Positions 15,940-26,594 of a DNA stretch of 64,000 bases are shown here, in pieces. Made by a program: the position numbers and the translations under genes. The notes below the pieces were generated by a model that ran no database searches, was not told where the DNA came from, and saw only the letters and a list, made by a program, of their open reading frames with translations. Each line of letters opens with the position of its first letter. Position 1 is the first letter of the stretch. This DNA comes from Patescibacteria group bacterium (lineage in GTDB: Bacteria > Patescibacteriota > Minisyncoccia > Phycocordibacterales > Phycocordibacteraceae), in contig JAGWYL010000002.1 in NCBI GenBank assembly GCA_018969385.1, forward strand, positions 289 through 64,288, read 5' to 3'.

Positions 15940-18900
15940 ATGCAGAACAAGCCCCTTACCCAGAAGACCTTCGGCGCATACCGCGCGCCGCGCGTCGAGT
16001 TCCCGGACCTCGTCGGCCACCAGCGCGAGTCTTTCGCGTGGTTCCTCAAGGAAGGAATCGGCGAGCTCCTCAAGGAGTTTTCGCCGATTCAGGACTATTC
16101 CGGCAAGAAATTCTCCCTCTCGTTCGAAGGATTCGAGCTCGGAGAACCCAAGTATGACGAGCAGTTCGCGCGCGAGAACCTCCGCACGTACGAGGCGCCC
16201 CTCAAGGTTTCCGTGAAGCTCCTTAATAAGACGCTCGGCACCGAGAAGACGCAGGACATCTTCTTGGCCGATATACCCGTGATGACCCCGCACGGCTCGT
16301 TCATCGTATCCGGCGTCGAGCGCGCCATCGTCCCCCAGCTCGCGCGCTCCTTCGGCGTCTTCTTCCAGTCCGAGCTCATCCGCGGCAAGCAGTACTTCGG
16401 CGCGAAGATAATCCCCGCACGCGGCGCGTGGATAGAGATAGATTCCGAAGCCGACGGCGCCATCTCCGTGAAGCTCGACCGCAAGCGCAAGTTCCCCATA
16501 ACCTCGCTCCTGCGCGTGTTCGGCGCGGAGACGGATGCCGCCATCCTGAAGCTGTTCGCGGGCAACGACGCCGTGCTCTCTTCGATGAAGGCCATGCTCG
16601 AGCACGACCCCGCGAAGACCGTCGAGGAGGCGTACGTCGAGATACACCGCCGCATGCGCGACGGCGACCTCGCCACCGCGGATAACGCGAAGACGTACGT
16701 GAACAGCCTCTTCGCCCCCGAACGCTACGACCTCTCCAAGGTGGGACGCTTCCGCCTGAACCAGCGCTTCGGCCTTTCGACGGCGGAGAAGGACCTCAAG
16801 AAGAAGTCGCTTTCCATCGAGGACCTCGTCCGCATCATCGCGGAGATGGTCCGGCTCAACATCGACCCGTCCGCCGAAGCCGACGACATCGACCACCTCG
16901 GCTTCCGCCGCGTCCGCTTCGTGGGCGAACTCATCCAGCAGCGCCTGCGGGTCGGCATGTCGCGCATGAAGCGCAATATCCAGGACCGCATGAGCACAAT
17001 CGAGAGCGACACCACGCTCCCGATGTCGTTCGTGAACCCGCGTCCGTTCGCCGCGTCCGTGAAGGAATTCTTCACGGCGAACCAGCTTTCGCAGTTCATG
17101 GACCAGCAGAACATCCTCGCGGAACTCGAGAACATGCGCACCCTCTCCGCGCTCGGCCCCGGCGGCCTCACGAGAGAGCGCGCGGGCTTCGAGGTGCGCG
17201 ACGTCCATCCCTCGCACTACGGGCGCCTCTGTCCAATCCATACGCCGGAAGGACAGAACATCGGCCTCATCCTGCGCCTTGCGACGCACGCGCGCACGAA
17301 CGACTTCGGCGTCATCGAGACGCCGTATGCCAGGGTCAAGAACGGCAAGGTCACCGAAGAGATCGAATACCTGAACGCGCTCGACGAAGCGAACGAGATA
17401 ATCGCGCACGGCGCGACGGAAGTCGACGAGAAGGGACGCATCGTCCCCGAGACGCTCGAAGCGCGCCGCGGCGGCGAACCGGCGGTGGTGGCCCGCGAAG
17501 AGGTCACGTTCATCGACGCCTCCACCTACCAGATGTTCTCCGCGGCGACCGCCATGATCCCGTTCGTCGACCACGACGACGCGAACCGCGCGCTCATGGG
17601 TTCGAACATGCAGAAGCAGGCGACCCCGTGCCTCATCCCCGAGGCTCCCTTGGTCGCGACCGGCATCGAAGGGCATGCGGCCCGGAACACCGGACGCCTC
17701 ATCACCGCCGAGGAAGCGGGCGAAGTGTCGTTCGTCGACGCGCGCCGCATCGCGGTGAAGAACAAGGACGGGAAGGCGAAAGAGTACCGCCTCCAGGGAC
17801 TCACGCAGACGAACCAGAACTCCGCATTTAGCCAGCGCCCGTCCGTGCGCCTCGGCGACAAGGTGAAGAAGGGCGATGTCATCGCGGACGCCTCTTCGAG
17901 CGATCGCGGACAGATGGCGCTCGGCCAGAACGCGCGCGTGGCGTTCATGAGCTGGTCCGGCGCGAACTACGAGGACGCCATCATCATCAGCGAGCGGCTC
18001 GTGGAGCAGAGCAAGTTCACGACGGTCCATATCGAAGATTTCGACTGCGTCGTGCGCGACACGAAACTCGGCAGCGAAGTCACGACGCACGACATCCCGA
18101 ACGTCGGCGAGATGCGCCTCAAGAACCTCGATGAGGAGGGCGTCGTGCGCATCGGCGCGGAAGTGCGTCCCGGCGACATACTCGTCGGCAAGGTGACGCC
18201 GAAAGGCGAGACCCAGCTTACGCCGGAAGAGCGGCTCCTCCGCTCCATCTTCGGCGACAAAGCGAAGGACGTGAAGGACACGTCGCTCAGGATGGAAGGC
18301 GGCAAGCGCGGCCGCGTCATCGGCGTCCGGGTGTTTTCGAGGGAAAAGGGCGATCAGCTCGAGAGCGGCACCATCAAGAAGATAGTCGTCACCGTGGCGC
18401 AGGTGCGAAACGTATCCGTGGGCGACAAGCTCGCGGGACGCCACGGCAACAAGGGCGTCATCTCCCGCGTGCTTCCGGTGGAAGACATGCCGTACGACAA
18501 GGACGGCAATCCCATCGACGTCATCCTGACGCCGCTCGGCGTCCCGTCCCGCATGAACCTGGGACAGATACTCGAACTCCACCTCGGGCTTGCGGCGCAT
18601 ACGCTCGACTATCAGGCCGTCGTGCCGCCGTTCGCCGGACCCACCGCGGACGAGATTCACGGCGAGCTCGAGAAGGCGGGCTTCCCGCGTTCCGGAAAGA
18701 TGACGCTCTATGACGGCCGCACGGGCGTCGCGTTCGGCCAGCCTATAGCCGTCGGCTACATGTACATCCTGAAGCTCCATCACATGGTGGAGGACAAGAT
18801 TCACATGCGCTCCATCGGTCCATACTCGCTCATCACGCAGCAGCCCTTGGGCGGCAAGGCGCAGAACGGCGGCCAGCGCTTCGGAGAAATGGAAGTCTGG

Positions 18901-19131
18901 GCTCTCCTCGGCTACGGAAGCGCGTACACGCTCCGCGAGATGCTCACCATCAAGTCCGACGACATCCCGGGACGCTCCGCCGCGTTCGATGCCATCGTGA
19001 AGAAGGAGCCCATCAGCCACACCGGCACGCCGGCGTCGTTCTCCGTTCTCACCAACCAGATACGCGGCCTCGCGCTCGACGTCGACCTCATGGAGACCGC
19101 TCCCGACGAGGACGAGCACTTTAACTCTTAA
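15940..19131 (+). CDS. rpoB: RNA polymerase beta subunit
   Basis: QLSQFMDQ, SALGPGGL, GRLCPIHTPEG, NMQKQA, GDKLAGRHGNKG, GGQRFGEME. Confidence 0.99.
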   Translation: MQNKPLTQKTFGAYRAPRVEFPDLVGHQRESFAWFLKEGIGELLKEFSPIQDYSGKKFSLSFEGFELGEPKYDEQFARENLRTYEAPLKVSVKLLNKTLGTEKTQDIFLADIPVMTPHGSFIVSGVERAIVPQLARSFGVFFQSELIRGKQYFGAKIIPARGAWIEIDSEADGAISVKLDRKRKFPITSLLRVFGAETDAAILKLFAGNDAVLSSMKAMLEHDPAKTVEEAYVEIHRRMRDGDLATADNAKTYVNSLFAPERYDLSKVGRFRLNQRFGLSTAEKDLKKKSLSIEDLVRIIAEMVRLNIDPSAEADDIDHLGFRRVRFVGELIQQRLRVGMSRMKRNIQDRMSTIESDTTLPMSFVNPRPFAASVKEFFTANQLSQFMDQQNILAELENMRTLSALGPGGLTRERAGFEVRDVHPSHYGRLCPIHTPEGQNIGLILRLATHARTNDFGVIETPYARVKNGKVTEEIEYLNALDEANEIIAHGATEVDEKGRIVPETLEARRGGEPAVVAREEVTFIDASTYQMFSAATAMIPFVDHDDANRALMGSNMQKQATPCLIPEAPLVATGIEGHAARNTGRLITAEEAGEVSFVDARRIAVKNKDGKAKEYRLQGLTQTNQNSAFSQRPSVRLGDKVKKGDVIADASSSDRGQMALGQNARVAFMSWSGANYEDAIIISERLVEQSKFTTVHIEDFDCVVRDTKLGSEVTTHDIPNVGEMRLKNLDEEGVVRIGAEVRPGDILVGKVTPKGETQLTPEERLLRSIFGDKAKDVKDTSLRMEGGKRGRVIGVRVFSREKGDQLESGTIKKIVVTVAQVRNVSVGDKLAGRHGNKGVISRVLPVEDMPYDKDGNPIDVILTPLGVPSRMNLGQILELHLGLAAHTLDYQAVVPPFAGPTADEIHGELEKAGFPRSGKMTLYDGRTGVAFGQPIAVGYMYILKLHHMVEDKIHMRSIGPYSLITQQPLGGKAQNGGQRFGEMEVWALLGYGSAYTLREMLTIKSDDIPGRSAAFDAIVKKEPISHTGTPASFSVLTNQIRGLALDVDLMETAPDEDEHFNS

Positions 19132-19141
19132 TCGCACCACC

Positions 19142-22100
19142 ATGGCTTTCACACCGATGACCCCCCGCAAGCGCCTGCCCTCCGGCCCCGACTGGAACGC
19201 GCTCCGGCTCACGCTCGCGAGCCCGGAACGCATCCTCGCGTGGTCCCATGGCGAGGTGACGAAACCCGAGACCATCAACTACCGTACGCAGCGTTCGGAG
19301 AAGCACGGCCTCTTCGACGAGAAGATATTCGGTCCCGAGAAGGACTACGAATGCTACTGCGGCAAATACAAAGGCATCCGCTACAAAGGCATCGTCTGCG
19401 ACAAGTGCGGCGTGGAAATCACCCGTTCCATCGTGCGCCGCGAACGCATGGGCCACATCGAGCTCACGAGCCCGGTGGCGCACATCTGGTTCCTCCGCTC
19501 CGTGCCCTCCCGCATGGCGCTCGTCCTCGGGACGAGCGCGGCCGACCTCGAGAAGGTCGTGTACTTCGCGGGCTACATCGTGACGAAAGTGGACGAAGCG
19601 ATGAAGAAGCGCTTCCTTTCGGAACTCGAGAGCGAGTACAAGACGAAGTACAAGTCCGTGAACACGGACGCCGAGCGCGACGCGCTCAAGGAGAAGATGA
19701 CGCATGCGCGCCAGGAGATCGAGAACGTCGTGTCCGGCCGCGTCTTCGACGAGATAGAGTACCACCGGCACTCCGTGAAATACGGCTCGCTCTTCGAGGC
19801 GCGCACGGGCGCGGAAGCCATCTACGATATCTTCCGCACGCTCGACCTTTCCGCGCTGAAGGCGACGCTCGAAGCGCGCTATGAGCACGCGGGCGCCGCG
19901 GAACGCGAGAAGCTCGCGAAGCGCATCTCGCTCATCTCCGGCATGCTCGCCGCGAACGTCCGCCCCGAGTGGATGTTCCTCACGCGCATCCCGGTCATCC
20001 CGCCGGCGCTCCGGCCCATGGTCGCTCTTGAAGGCGGCCGCCACGCCACCTCCGACGTGAACGACCTCTACCGCCGCGTCATCAACCGCAATAACCGCTT
20101 GAAGAAGCTGAAGGACATCCACGCGCCGGAAGTGATTCTCAGGAACGAGAAGCGCATCCTCCAGGAAGCGGTGGACGCCTTGCTCGACAATTCCATCCGG
20201 AAGGGCGGCGCATCCGCCGGCGCCATGACGCCCGCGCAGCGCCGGCCTCTGAAGAGCCTTGCGGACTACCTGAAGGGCAAGCAGGGCTACTTCCGCCAGA
20301 ACCTGCTCGGCAAGCGCGTGGACTATTCTGGCCGTTCCGTCATCGTCGTCGGTCCGGACCTCGAGCTCGACGAGTGCGGTCTTCCGAAGCACATGGCGCT
20401 CGAGCTCTTCCGCCCGTTCGTCATCGCGGAACTGCTCGCGCGCGAATTCGCGTTCAACATCCGCGGCGCCGGCCGTCTCATCGAAGACGGCGTGCCTGAG
20501 GTGTGGGAAATCCTCGAAGAGGTCATCAAGGGCAAGCACGTGCTCCTCAACCGCGCGCCTACGCTTCACCGCCAGGGCATCCAGGCGTTCCGTCCGCGGC
20601 TCATCGAAGGCGACGCCATCCAGCTGCACCCCTTGGTGTGTCCGGCGTTCAACGCGGACTTCGACGGCGACCAGATGGCCGTGCACGTCCCGCTCTCCGA
20701 AGAGGCGCAGTGGGAGGCGGCGAACATCATGAGCGCGAACAAGAACATCCTGAAGCCGGGTTCCGGCGAGATGATCGTGCTCACCCAGAAGCCGCTCGAC
20801 ATCGTGCTCGGCTGCTACTGGCTCACGAAGGAGATTACGGGCGCGAAGGGCGAAGGCAACTACTTCCCGAATCCGAACGCGGCCATACTCGCGTACGAGT
20901 ACGCGGGCATCGACCTGCGCGCGAAAGTCTTCGTCATGCCGACCGCGGATAAGGCGAAGTACGCGCACTTCGAAGGGAAGCCCTTCGAGACGACGGTCGG
21001 CCGGCTCCTCTTCAACACCGTCCTCCCGTCGGACTATCCGTTCGTGAACGACGCCATCACGAAGAAGGTGCTCTCGAAGATCGTGAACGATTCCATCGAG
21101 CGCTACGGACTCGACCGCGTGCCTTCCATCGTGAACAAGGTGAAGCGCTTCGGCTTCGAGTATGCGACGCGTTCCGGCATCACGTGGGGCATCGACGACG
21201 TGTCGGTTCCCCCCGGCAAGGAAGCGGTCATCGGCGCGGCGCGCGGGAAAGTGCTCGCCATCGACGAAGACTTCAAGAACGGCCTCCTTTCGGCGGATGA
21301 GAAGCGCCGCATGGTCATCGAGATATGGCACGGCGCGCGCCAGGAGGTGGAGAAGCTCGTTGAAGAGACGCTCGACCCCTTGGGTTCCGTATCCGACATG
21401 GTGCGCTCGGGAGCCCGCGGTTCCGTGGGTAACCTCACGCAGATGGTGGGCATGAAGGGGCTCATCCAGTCCACCTCCGGCGACACCATCGAAGTGCCTA
21501 TCACGTCCTCCATGAGCGAGGGCTTGAATCCCATCGAGTACTTCATGTCGACGCACGGCTCCCGCAAGGGTCTCACGGACACGGCGCTCGGCACCGCGAA
21601 GGCGGGATACCTCACGCGCCGCCTCTTCGACGTCGCGCAGGATTCCATCATCACGGAGCAGGATTGCGCCACGAAGCGCGGCATCTCCATCAACCGCACG
21701 TCCGCATCGGGCATCCACATAAACTTCGCCGAAGCGGTGCGCGGGCGCTACCTCGCCGCGGACGCGGTCGCCAAGGACGGCGCCGTCGTCGCGAAGAAGG
21801 GAACGTACCTTGAGGCGGAAATCGCGAAGCAGCTCGCCGATTCGGATATCCAGACGGTCACCGTCCGCTCCCCGATGTCGTGCGAGACGCGCTTCGGCAT
21901 CTGCGCGCACTGCTACGGCATGGACCTGACGACGCAGCGGCTCGTCGACCTCGGCGAAGCCGTCGGCACCGTGGCCGCGCAGGCCATCGGCGAACCGGGC
22001 ACCCAGCTCACGATGCGTACCTTCCACGCGGGCGGTACGGCATCGGTGGGCGGCGACATCACGCAGGGTCTCCCGCGCGTGGAAGAAGTGTTCGAGAAGC

Positions 22101-22870
22101 GCTCGCCGAAGAACTCGGCGGTCGTCTCGAAGTCCGACGGCATCGTCGTCGAGATACGGGAGGAAAGCCGCGAGAAAGTCATCGTCGTCGCTCCTGCGGC
22201 GGGCCAGGGCAAGAAGGACGGCTCGTCGTTCGAGTATCTCGCGCACTATCCGCGCCAGTCGCTCGTGAAGCCGGGGCAGGAGGTCAAGAAGGGCCAGATA
22301 CTCACGGACGGTTCCGCCGACCTCGACGAGCTGTTCGAGCACGCCGGCCGCGCCGCGACGCAGGAGTACATCATCGCGGAAGCGAGCAAGATCTACGAGC
22401 TCCAGGGCGCATCCGTCTCGCGCAAGCACCTCGAGGTCATCGTGAAGCAGATGTTCTCCCGCGCGCGCATCACGGAGCCCGGAGACACGGACTACTCCGT
22501 CGGCGATGTCGTCGAGGACTGGGAATTCAATGATGCGGTGAAGGCGCTCGCGGATGCCGGCAAGATAGAACCGAAAGCGAAGTCCATCGTGCTCGGCATC
22601 AAGGAGTCCGCGCTTTCGCGCCGCTCCTTCCTCTCCGCGGCGTCCTTCGAACAGACGACGAAGATACTCATCAACGCCGCGCTCAAGGGAAGCGTGGACC
22701 GGCTGAAGGGACTCAAGGAGAACGTCATTCTGGGGCGGCTCATCCCCGCCGGCACCGGCTTCCCGGGAAGCCGGAAGTTCGCGGATGTCGCCGTCCTCGC
22801 GGAGAGGCGCCGCCGCGACCGCGAAGCATCCGAAGTGGCGCTGCCGGTCCAGAAGGCGCGGGCGGTTTAG
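19142..22870 (+). CDS. rpoC: RNA polymerase beta' subunit
   Basis: CYCGKY..CDKC zinc site, NADFDGD catalytic motif, GEPGTQLTMRTFH, GLKENVILG. Confidence 0.99.
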   Translation: MAFTPMTPRKRLPSGPDWNALRLTLASPERILAWSHGEVTKPETINYRTQRSEKHGLFDEKIFGPEKDYECYCGKYKGIRYKGIVCDKCGVEITRSIVRRERMGHIELTSPVAHIWFLRSVPSRMALVLGTSAADLEKVVYFAGYIVTKVDEAMKKRFLSELESEYKTKYKSVNTDAERDALKEKMTHARQEIENVVSGRVFDEIEYHRHSVKYGSLFEARTGAEAIYDIFRTLDLSALKATLEARYEHAGAAEREKLAKRISLISGMLAANVRPEWMFLTRIPVIPPALRPMVALEGGRHATSDVNDLYRRVINRNNRLKKLKDIHAPEVILRNEKRILQEAVDALLDNSIRKGGASAGAMTPAQRRPLKSLADYLKGKQGYFRQNLLGKRVDYSGRSVIVVGPDLELDECGLPKHMALELFRPFVIAELLAREFAFNIRGAGRLIEDGVPEVWEILEEVIKGKHVLLNRAPTLHRQGIQAFRPRLIEGDAIQLHPLVCPAFNADFDGDQMAVHVPLSEEAQWEAANIMSANKNILKPGSGEMIVLTQKPLDIVLGCYWLTKEITGAKGEGNYFPNPNAAILAYEYAGIDLRAKVFVMPTADKAKYAHFEGKPFETTVGRLLFNTVLPSDYPFVNDAITKKVLSKIVNDSIERYGLDRVPSIVNKVKRFGFEYATRSGITWGIDDVSVPPGKEAVIGAARGKVLAIDEDFKNGLLSADEKRRMVIEIWHGARQEVEKLVEETLDPLGSVSDMVRSGARGSVGNLTQMVGMKGLIQSTSGDTIEVPITSSMSEGLNPIEYFMSTHGSRKGLTDTALGTAKAGYLTRRLFDVAQDSIITEQDCATKRGISINRTSASGIHINFAEAVRGRYLAADAVAKDGAVVAKKGTYLEAEIAKQLADSDIQTVTVRSPMSCETRFGICAHCYGMDLTTQRLVDLGEAVGTVAAQAIGEPGTQLTMRTFHAGGTASVGGDITQGLPRVEEVFEKRSPKNSAVVSKSDGIVVEIREESREKVIVVAPAAGQGKKDGSSFEYLAHYPRQSLVKPGQEVKKGQILTDGSADLDELFEHAGRAATQEYIIAEASKIYELQGASVSRKHLEVIVKQMFSRARITEPGDTDYSVGDVVEDWEFNDAVKALADAGKIEPKAKSIVLGIKESALSRRSFLSAASFEQTTKILINAALKGSVDRLKGLKENVILGRLIPAGTGFPGSRKFADVAVLAERRRRDREASEVALPVQKARAV

Positions 22871-22875
22871 GGCGC

Positions 22876-22902
22876 GCGGCGGCCCCGCTGCGGGGCCGCC
22901 GC
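22876..22902. terminator. GC-rich hairpin after rpoC
   Basis: gcggcggccccg-ctg-cggggccgccgc; no clear U tract. Confidence 0.4.
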
Positions 22903-22938
22903 TTACGTGCCGGTCGAACGCGATAAAACTTCACACTA

Positions 22939-24636
22939 ATGGCAACCGACACCGTACAGAAGATAAAAGACAGGCTGTCGATTATCGATGTGGTGACGCC
23001 GTATGTGAAATTGACGAAAGCGGGACGGTACCATAAGGGACTCTCGCCGTTCAACAAGGAGAAGACGCCGTCGTTTTTCGTATCTCCTGACCGCGGTTCG
23101 TACTACTGCTTCTCAAGCGGGCAGGGAGGCGACATGTTCACGTTCATCGAGAAGATGGAGGGCGTTGATTTCAAGGGCGCGCTCGCGATTCTCGCGGAGA
23201 AGGCGGGCGTGGAGCTCGTCTACGAGCGCGGCGCCGACCGTTCGAAGAACGACCGGCTCTTCGAAGCCGTCGCGCGAGCCGAGCAATCCTTCGCGCGCGG
23301 CCTCACCCCGGAAAGCGGCGCATACGCGTACGCCCGCTCGCGCGGCCTCACGGACGCGACGATTCGCGCGTGGAATCTCGGCGTCGCGCCGGACGCCTGG
23401 CGCGCGCTCCTCGAAGAGGAGACGGGACTCGGGTTCTCGGTTCCGGAGCTGGTCGCCGCAGGCCTCGTGAAGGAAGCGGACGGCAAGCCGGGAACGTTCT
23501 ATGACCGCTTCCGGAACCGTCTCATGTTCCCGATACGGGATACGGCGGGACGCGCCGTCGCGTTCACGGGACGCGCGCTCGATGCGGGAAACGAAGCGAA
23601 GTACCTTAACAGTCCGGAGACGGACCTGTTCAAGAAATCGGAGGTGCTCTTCGGCATGCACGCGGCCAAGGATGCGATACGCACGCGCGGCTTCGCGCTC
23701 CTCGTCGAGGGTCAGATGGACCTCCTGCATGCGCACCAGGCGGGATTCGCGAACACCGTCGCGCTCTCCGGGACGGCGCTCTCCGAGCGGCACATAGCGC
23801 TCATCATGCGCTATAGCGAGAATCTCATGCTCGCGCTCGACGCGGACCGCGCGGGCATCACTGCAGCCGGCAAGAGTGCCGTGCTCGCGCTCCGGAAGGG
23901 CATGCGCGTGAAAGCGGTGCGCCTGCCGAAAGGGCAGGACCCCGCGGACGTCATCGGTAAGGACCCGGAAGATTTCGCGCGGCGCGTGCGGGACGCGAAG
24001 CCCATCGTCGAGTTCTACCTCGACACGCTCGTCGAGAGCGAAGGGGACCCGCACCGGCTCGTGCTCGCCGCGGAGCGGCTCGTGCTCCCTCTCGTGCGCG
24101 CGATGCAAAGCCCGATGGAGCGCGAACATTTCATCGGCGTCATCGCGCGGAGGCTCGGCATCGCGGAAACCGGCGTGCGCGGCGCGCTCGCCCGGCTTCC
24201 GGAAGATGCCGTGCCTATAGGACGAGCGCCGGAGGCGGCGGCGCTTCCGGAAGCGGACGAAGACCCCGCCGCGCTCATGCTCGCCGCCGCCGCGCGCGCA
24301 TATCCGGGTACCGCGCTTGAAAAGCACGTGAAAAGTGAGTACGCTCGTATTACCGGGATGCCGCTTGATGATGCGGCGAACATTCCCGAACGCTATCTCT
24401 TCGAGGCCGAGGCGGTCATCGGGGAGGCGCCGGAGCCCGCGAGCGCGGCTGACCTCGTGCTTCGGTTCGAGCGCGCCTACGTGCGGAGCCTCCTCAAGGC
24501 CGCGGGCAAGAGCATCGCGCTTTCGGAAGCGGCGGGCGACGCGAACGAGCTCGCCGCGGCGACCGCGCGGTGGAGCGAGCTCGCGAAACGCGTCAAGGAA
24601 ACGGAGGCGCAGCCGAGCCCGAAGCCGCATCACTAG
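22939..24636 (+). CDS. dnaG: DNA primase
   Basis: [41 protein letters not shown] (TOPRIM). Confidence 0.97.
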   Translation: MATDTVQKIKDRLSIIDVVTPYVKLTKAGRYHKGLSPFNKEKTPSFFVSPDRGSYYCFSSGQGGDMFTFIEKMEGVDFKGALAILAEKAGVELVYERGADRSKNDRLFEAVARAEQSFARGLTPESGAYAYARSRGLTDATIRAWNLGVAPDAWRALLEEETGLGFSVPELVAAGLVKEADGKPGTFYDRFRNRLMFPIRDTAGRAVAFTGRALDAGNEAKYLNSPETDLFKKSEVLFGMHAAKDAIRTRGFALLVEGQMDLLHAHQAGFANTVALSGTALSERHIALIMRYSENLMLALDADRAGITAAGKSAVLALRKGMRVKAVRLPKGQDPADVIGKDPEDFARRVRDAKPIVEFYLDTLVESEGDPHRLVLAAERLVLPLVRAMQSPMEREHFIGVIARRLGIAETGVRGALARLPEDAVPIGRAPEAAALPEADEDPAALMLAAAARAYPGTALEKHVKSEYARITGMPLDDAANIPERYLFEAEAVIGEAPEPASAADLVLRFERAYVRSLLKAAGKSIALSEAAGDANELAAATARWSELAKRVKETEAQPSPKPHH

Positions 24637-24655
24637 CAATTACTATCACACGCAT

Positions 24656-25915
24656 ATGGCAAAAGCCGCACGAACCAAAGCGAAGAGACGTCCGTCCGCA
24701 CGCAGCGCGAAGCCGGCTGCCCGGCGGAGCTCGCATAAGCCCGCTCCGAAGAAGTCGAAACGGCCGGTGAAAAAGACGAGAGCCGCCGCGAAGCCCAAGA
24801 AGGCGGCGCATCCCGCCGTGAAGCCTTCCGCGAAGAAGGCGCCGCGCGGCGGGGACCGCAACGCGCTCGCGGACGCGCTCATTGCGAAGGGGAAAGAGCG
24901 CGGCTACATCACCTATAACGAGATACTGAAGGAGTTCCCGACCATCGAGAACGACATCTCGTTCCTCGACACGCTCTACGAGCGTTTTTCCACGGCCGGC
25001 ATCGACATCCTCGAAGGCGGCATGCTCGAAGATAACGCCGACGAATACCTCGCGACCCGCAACATAAAGAGCCGCGAATCGTCCGGATACGATTCCATTC
25101 AGATCTATCTGCGCGAGATAGGCCAGTATCCGCTCCTCACCGCGGCGGAAGAGCGCGAGCTCGCACAGCGCATCGCGGCGGGCGACGACGAGGCGAGGAA
25201 CATCCTCGCGCGCTCGAACCTGCGCCTCGTGGTTTCCATAGCGAAGAAATACGTAGGCCGCTCTCCGGACCTCACGCTTCTCGACCTCATCCAGGAAGGG
25301 AACCTCGGCCTCTTCAAGGCGGTCGACAAGTTCGACTGGAAGAAGGGATACAAGTTTTCCACGTACGCGACGTGGTGGATACGCCAGGCCATCACCCGCG
25401 CGCTCGCGGACCAGTCCCGTACCATCCGCATCCCCGTGCACATGGTGGAGACCATCGCGAAGTACAAGCAGGTGTCCCGCCGCCTCGCGCAGGCCTTGGG
25501 CCGCGACCCGCAGCCCGAAGAGATAGCGGTGGAGATGGGCGTCGAGCCGGAGAAGATATACCAGATCGAGAAGATAAATCAGGACACGCTTTCGCTCGAG
25601 AATCCGGTCGGTTCGGACGACGACGAGAAGTCCACGCTCGGCGACTTCATCGCGGACGACAAGATTCCCTCGCCCGTGCAGGAATCCTCGGAGCGCATCC
25701 TCGGCGAACAGGTGCGCGACATCCTCGGCGACCTCTCGCCCAAGGAGCGCAAGATACTCGAGATGCGCCACGGGCTCCAAGACGGCGTCTACCACACGCT
25801 CGAAGAAGTGGGGAAGGAGTTCGGCGTGACTAGGGAGCGCATCCGGCAGATCGAAGCGAAGGCGCTCGAGAAGATACGCACGCACGACAAGTCCCGCCGG
25901 CTGAAGAGCTACTAG
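24656..25915 (+). CDS. rpoD: Primary sigma factor with a basic Lys/Ala/Pro-rich N-terminal extension
   Basis: [64 protein letters not shown]. Confidence 0.97.
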   Translation: MAKAARTKAKRRPSARSAKPAARRSSHKPAPKKSKRPVKKTRAAAKPKKAAHPAVKPSAKKAPRGGDRNALADALIAKGKERGYITYNEILKEFPTIENDISFLDTLYERFSTAGIDILEGGMLEDNADEYLATRNIKSRESSGYDSIQIYLREIGQYPLLTAAEERELAQRIAAGDDEARNILARSNLRLVVSIAKKYVGRSPDLTLLDLIQEGNLGLFKAVDKFDWKKGYKFSTYATWWIRQAITRALADQSRTIRIPVHMVETIAKYKQVSRRLAQALGRDPQPEEIAVEMGVEPEKIYQIEKINQDTLSLENPVGSDDDEKSTLGDFIADDKIPSPVQESSERILGEQVRDILGDLSPKERKILEMRHGLQDGVYHTLEEVGKEFGVTRERIRQIEAKALEKIRTHDKSRRLKSY

Positions 25916-25918
25916 AAC

Positions 25919-26012
25919 CCGTTTCAAAAACCGGCTCGGGGTGCACGGTTCGGAAGCGAACTCTCTTCAGGCTTCCGAACCGTGCACCCCGAGCCGGACG
26001 TTTTGCACACGG
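25919..26012. repeat. Family-A palindromic element
   Basis: ccgtttcaaaaaccggctcggggtgcacggttcggaagc...gcttccgaaccgtgcaccccgagccgg; closely similar to the 3669 copy. Confidence 0.9.
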
Positions 26013-26062
26013 TACGCCCTGGACATTCGCTTCGCGCAGGCATAGAGTACTCCGCATCCGTC

Positions 26063-26584
26063 ATGCTTTCGCTTCTCGCCAAGATAGTCGCGACCGGCTC
26101 GATTACCGAGCCGGTTTCGACATTCCCCGAACCGGAACTCGGGGAAACGGGAGAGAACCTGAAGGCGGCCATAGGAGCGCTCTACGGCGGCCGCTCGCTC
26201 CATATCCGGCATGTGGACGCCGGCTCGAACAACGGGGAAGAGTACGAGATGACGGCGCTCGGGAACGCCTTCTATGACGTCGAGCGCTTCGGGCTCTCAT
26301 TCGTGGCATCGCCGCGGCACGCGGACATCCTTACCGTTTCCGGTCCGGTGACGCGCAACATGGAACACGCGCTCCGTACCGCGTATGAACTCATGCCCGC
26401 GCCGCGCATCGTGGTCGCGGTGGGCGACGGCGCCGTGACGGGCGGCATCTGGAAAGGCTCGTACGCCGTCGTCGGCCCCGTGGACTTGGTGATACCGGTG
26501 GACGTGCGCATCCCGGGCGACCCGCCCGCGCCCGCCGACATCCTCGCGGGCCTTCTCGCCGCGGTGCGCAAGGGGCGCTCCTGA
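26063..26584 (+). CDS. Ehr/hydrogenase-4 small subunit (NuoB/HycG-like) with no cysteines
   Basis: RHVDAGSNNGEE, YDVERFG, ASPRHAD, GPVTRNM, VAVGDGA, IPGDPP: family motifs intact but N/E/G/D at the Cys positions. Confidence 0.9.
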   Translation: MLSLLAKIVATGSITEPVSTFPEPELGETGENLKAAIGALYGGRSLHIRHVDAGSNNGEEYEMTALGNAFYDVERFGLSFVASPRHADILTVSGPVTRNMEHALRTAYELMPAPRIVVAVGDGAVTGGIWKGSYAVVGPVDLVIPVDVRIPGDPPAPADILAGLLAAVRKGRS

Positions 26585-26594
26585 CGATTCGCGT

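Noticed and set aside
15847-22429. Antisense ORFs of 1143 and 1102 aa opposite rpoB and rpoC; similar ones opposite smc, rnr, dnaG, rpoD and hyfF
   Set aside because: Shadow ORFs produced by high GC and codon bias; no motifs, and they overlap well-supported genes.
25982-26062. N-terminal extensions in the ORF track (25982; also 10271, 24335, 51267, 61331, 8710)
   Set aside because: They start inside a repeat or overlap upstream genes; downstream ATGs fit homology and promoter spacing better.
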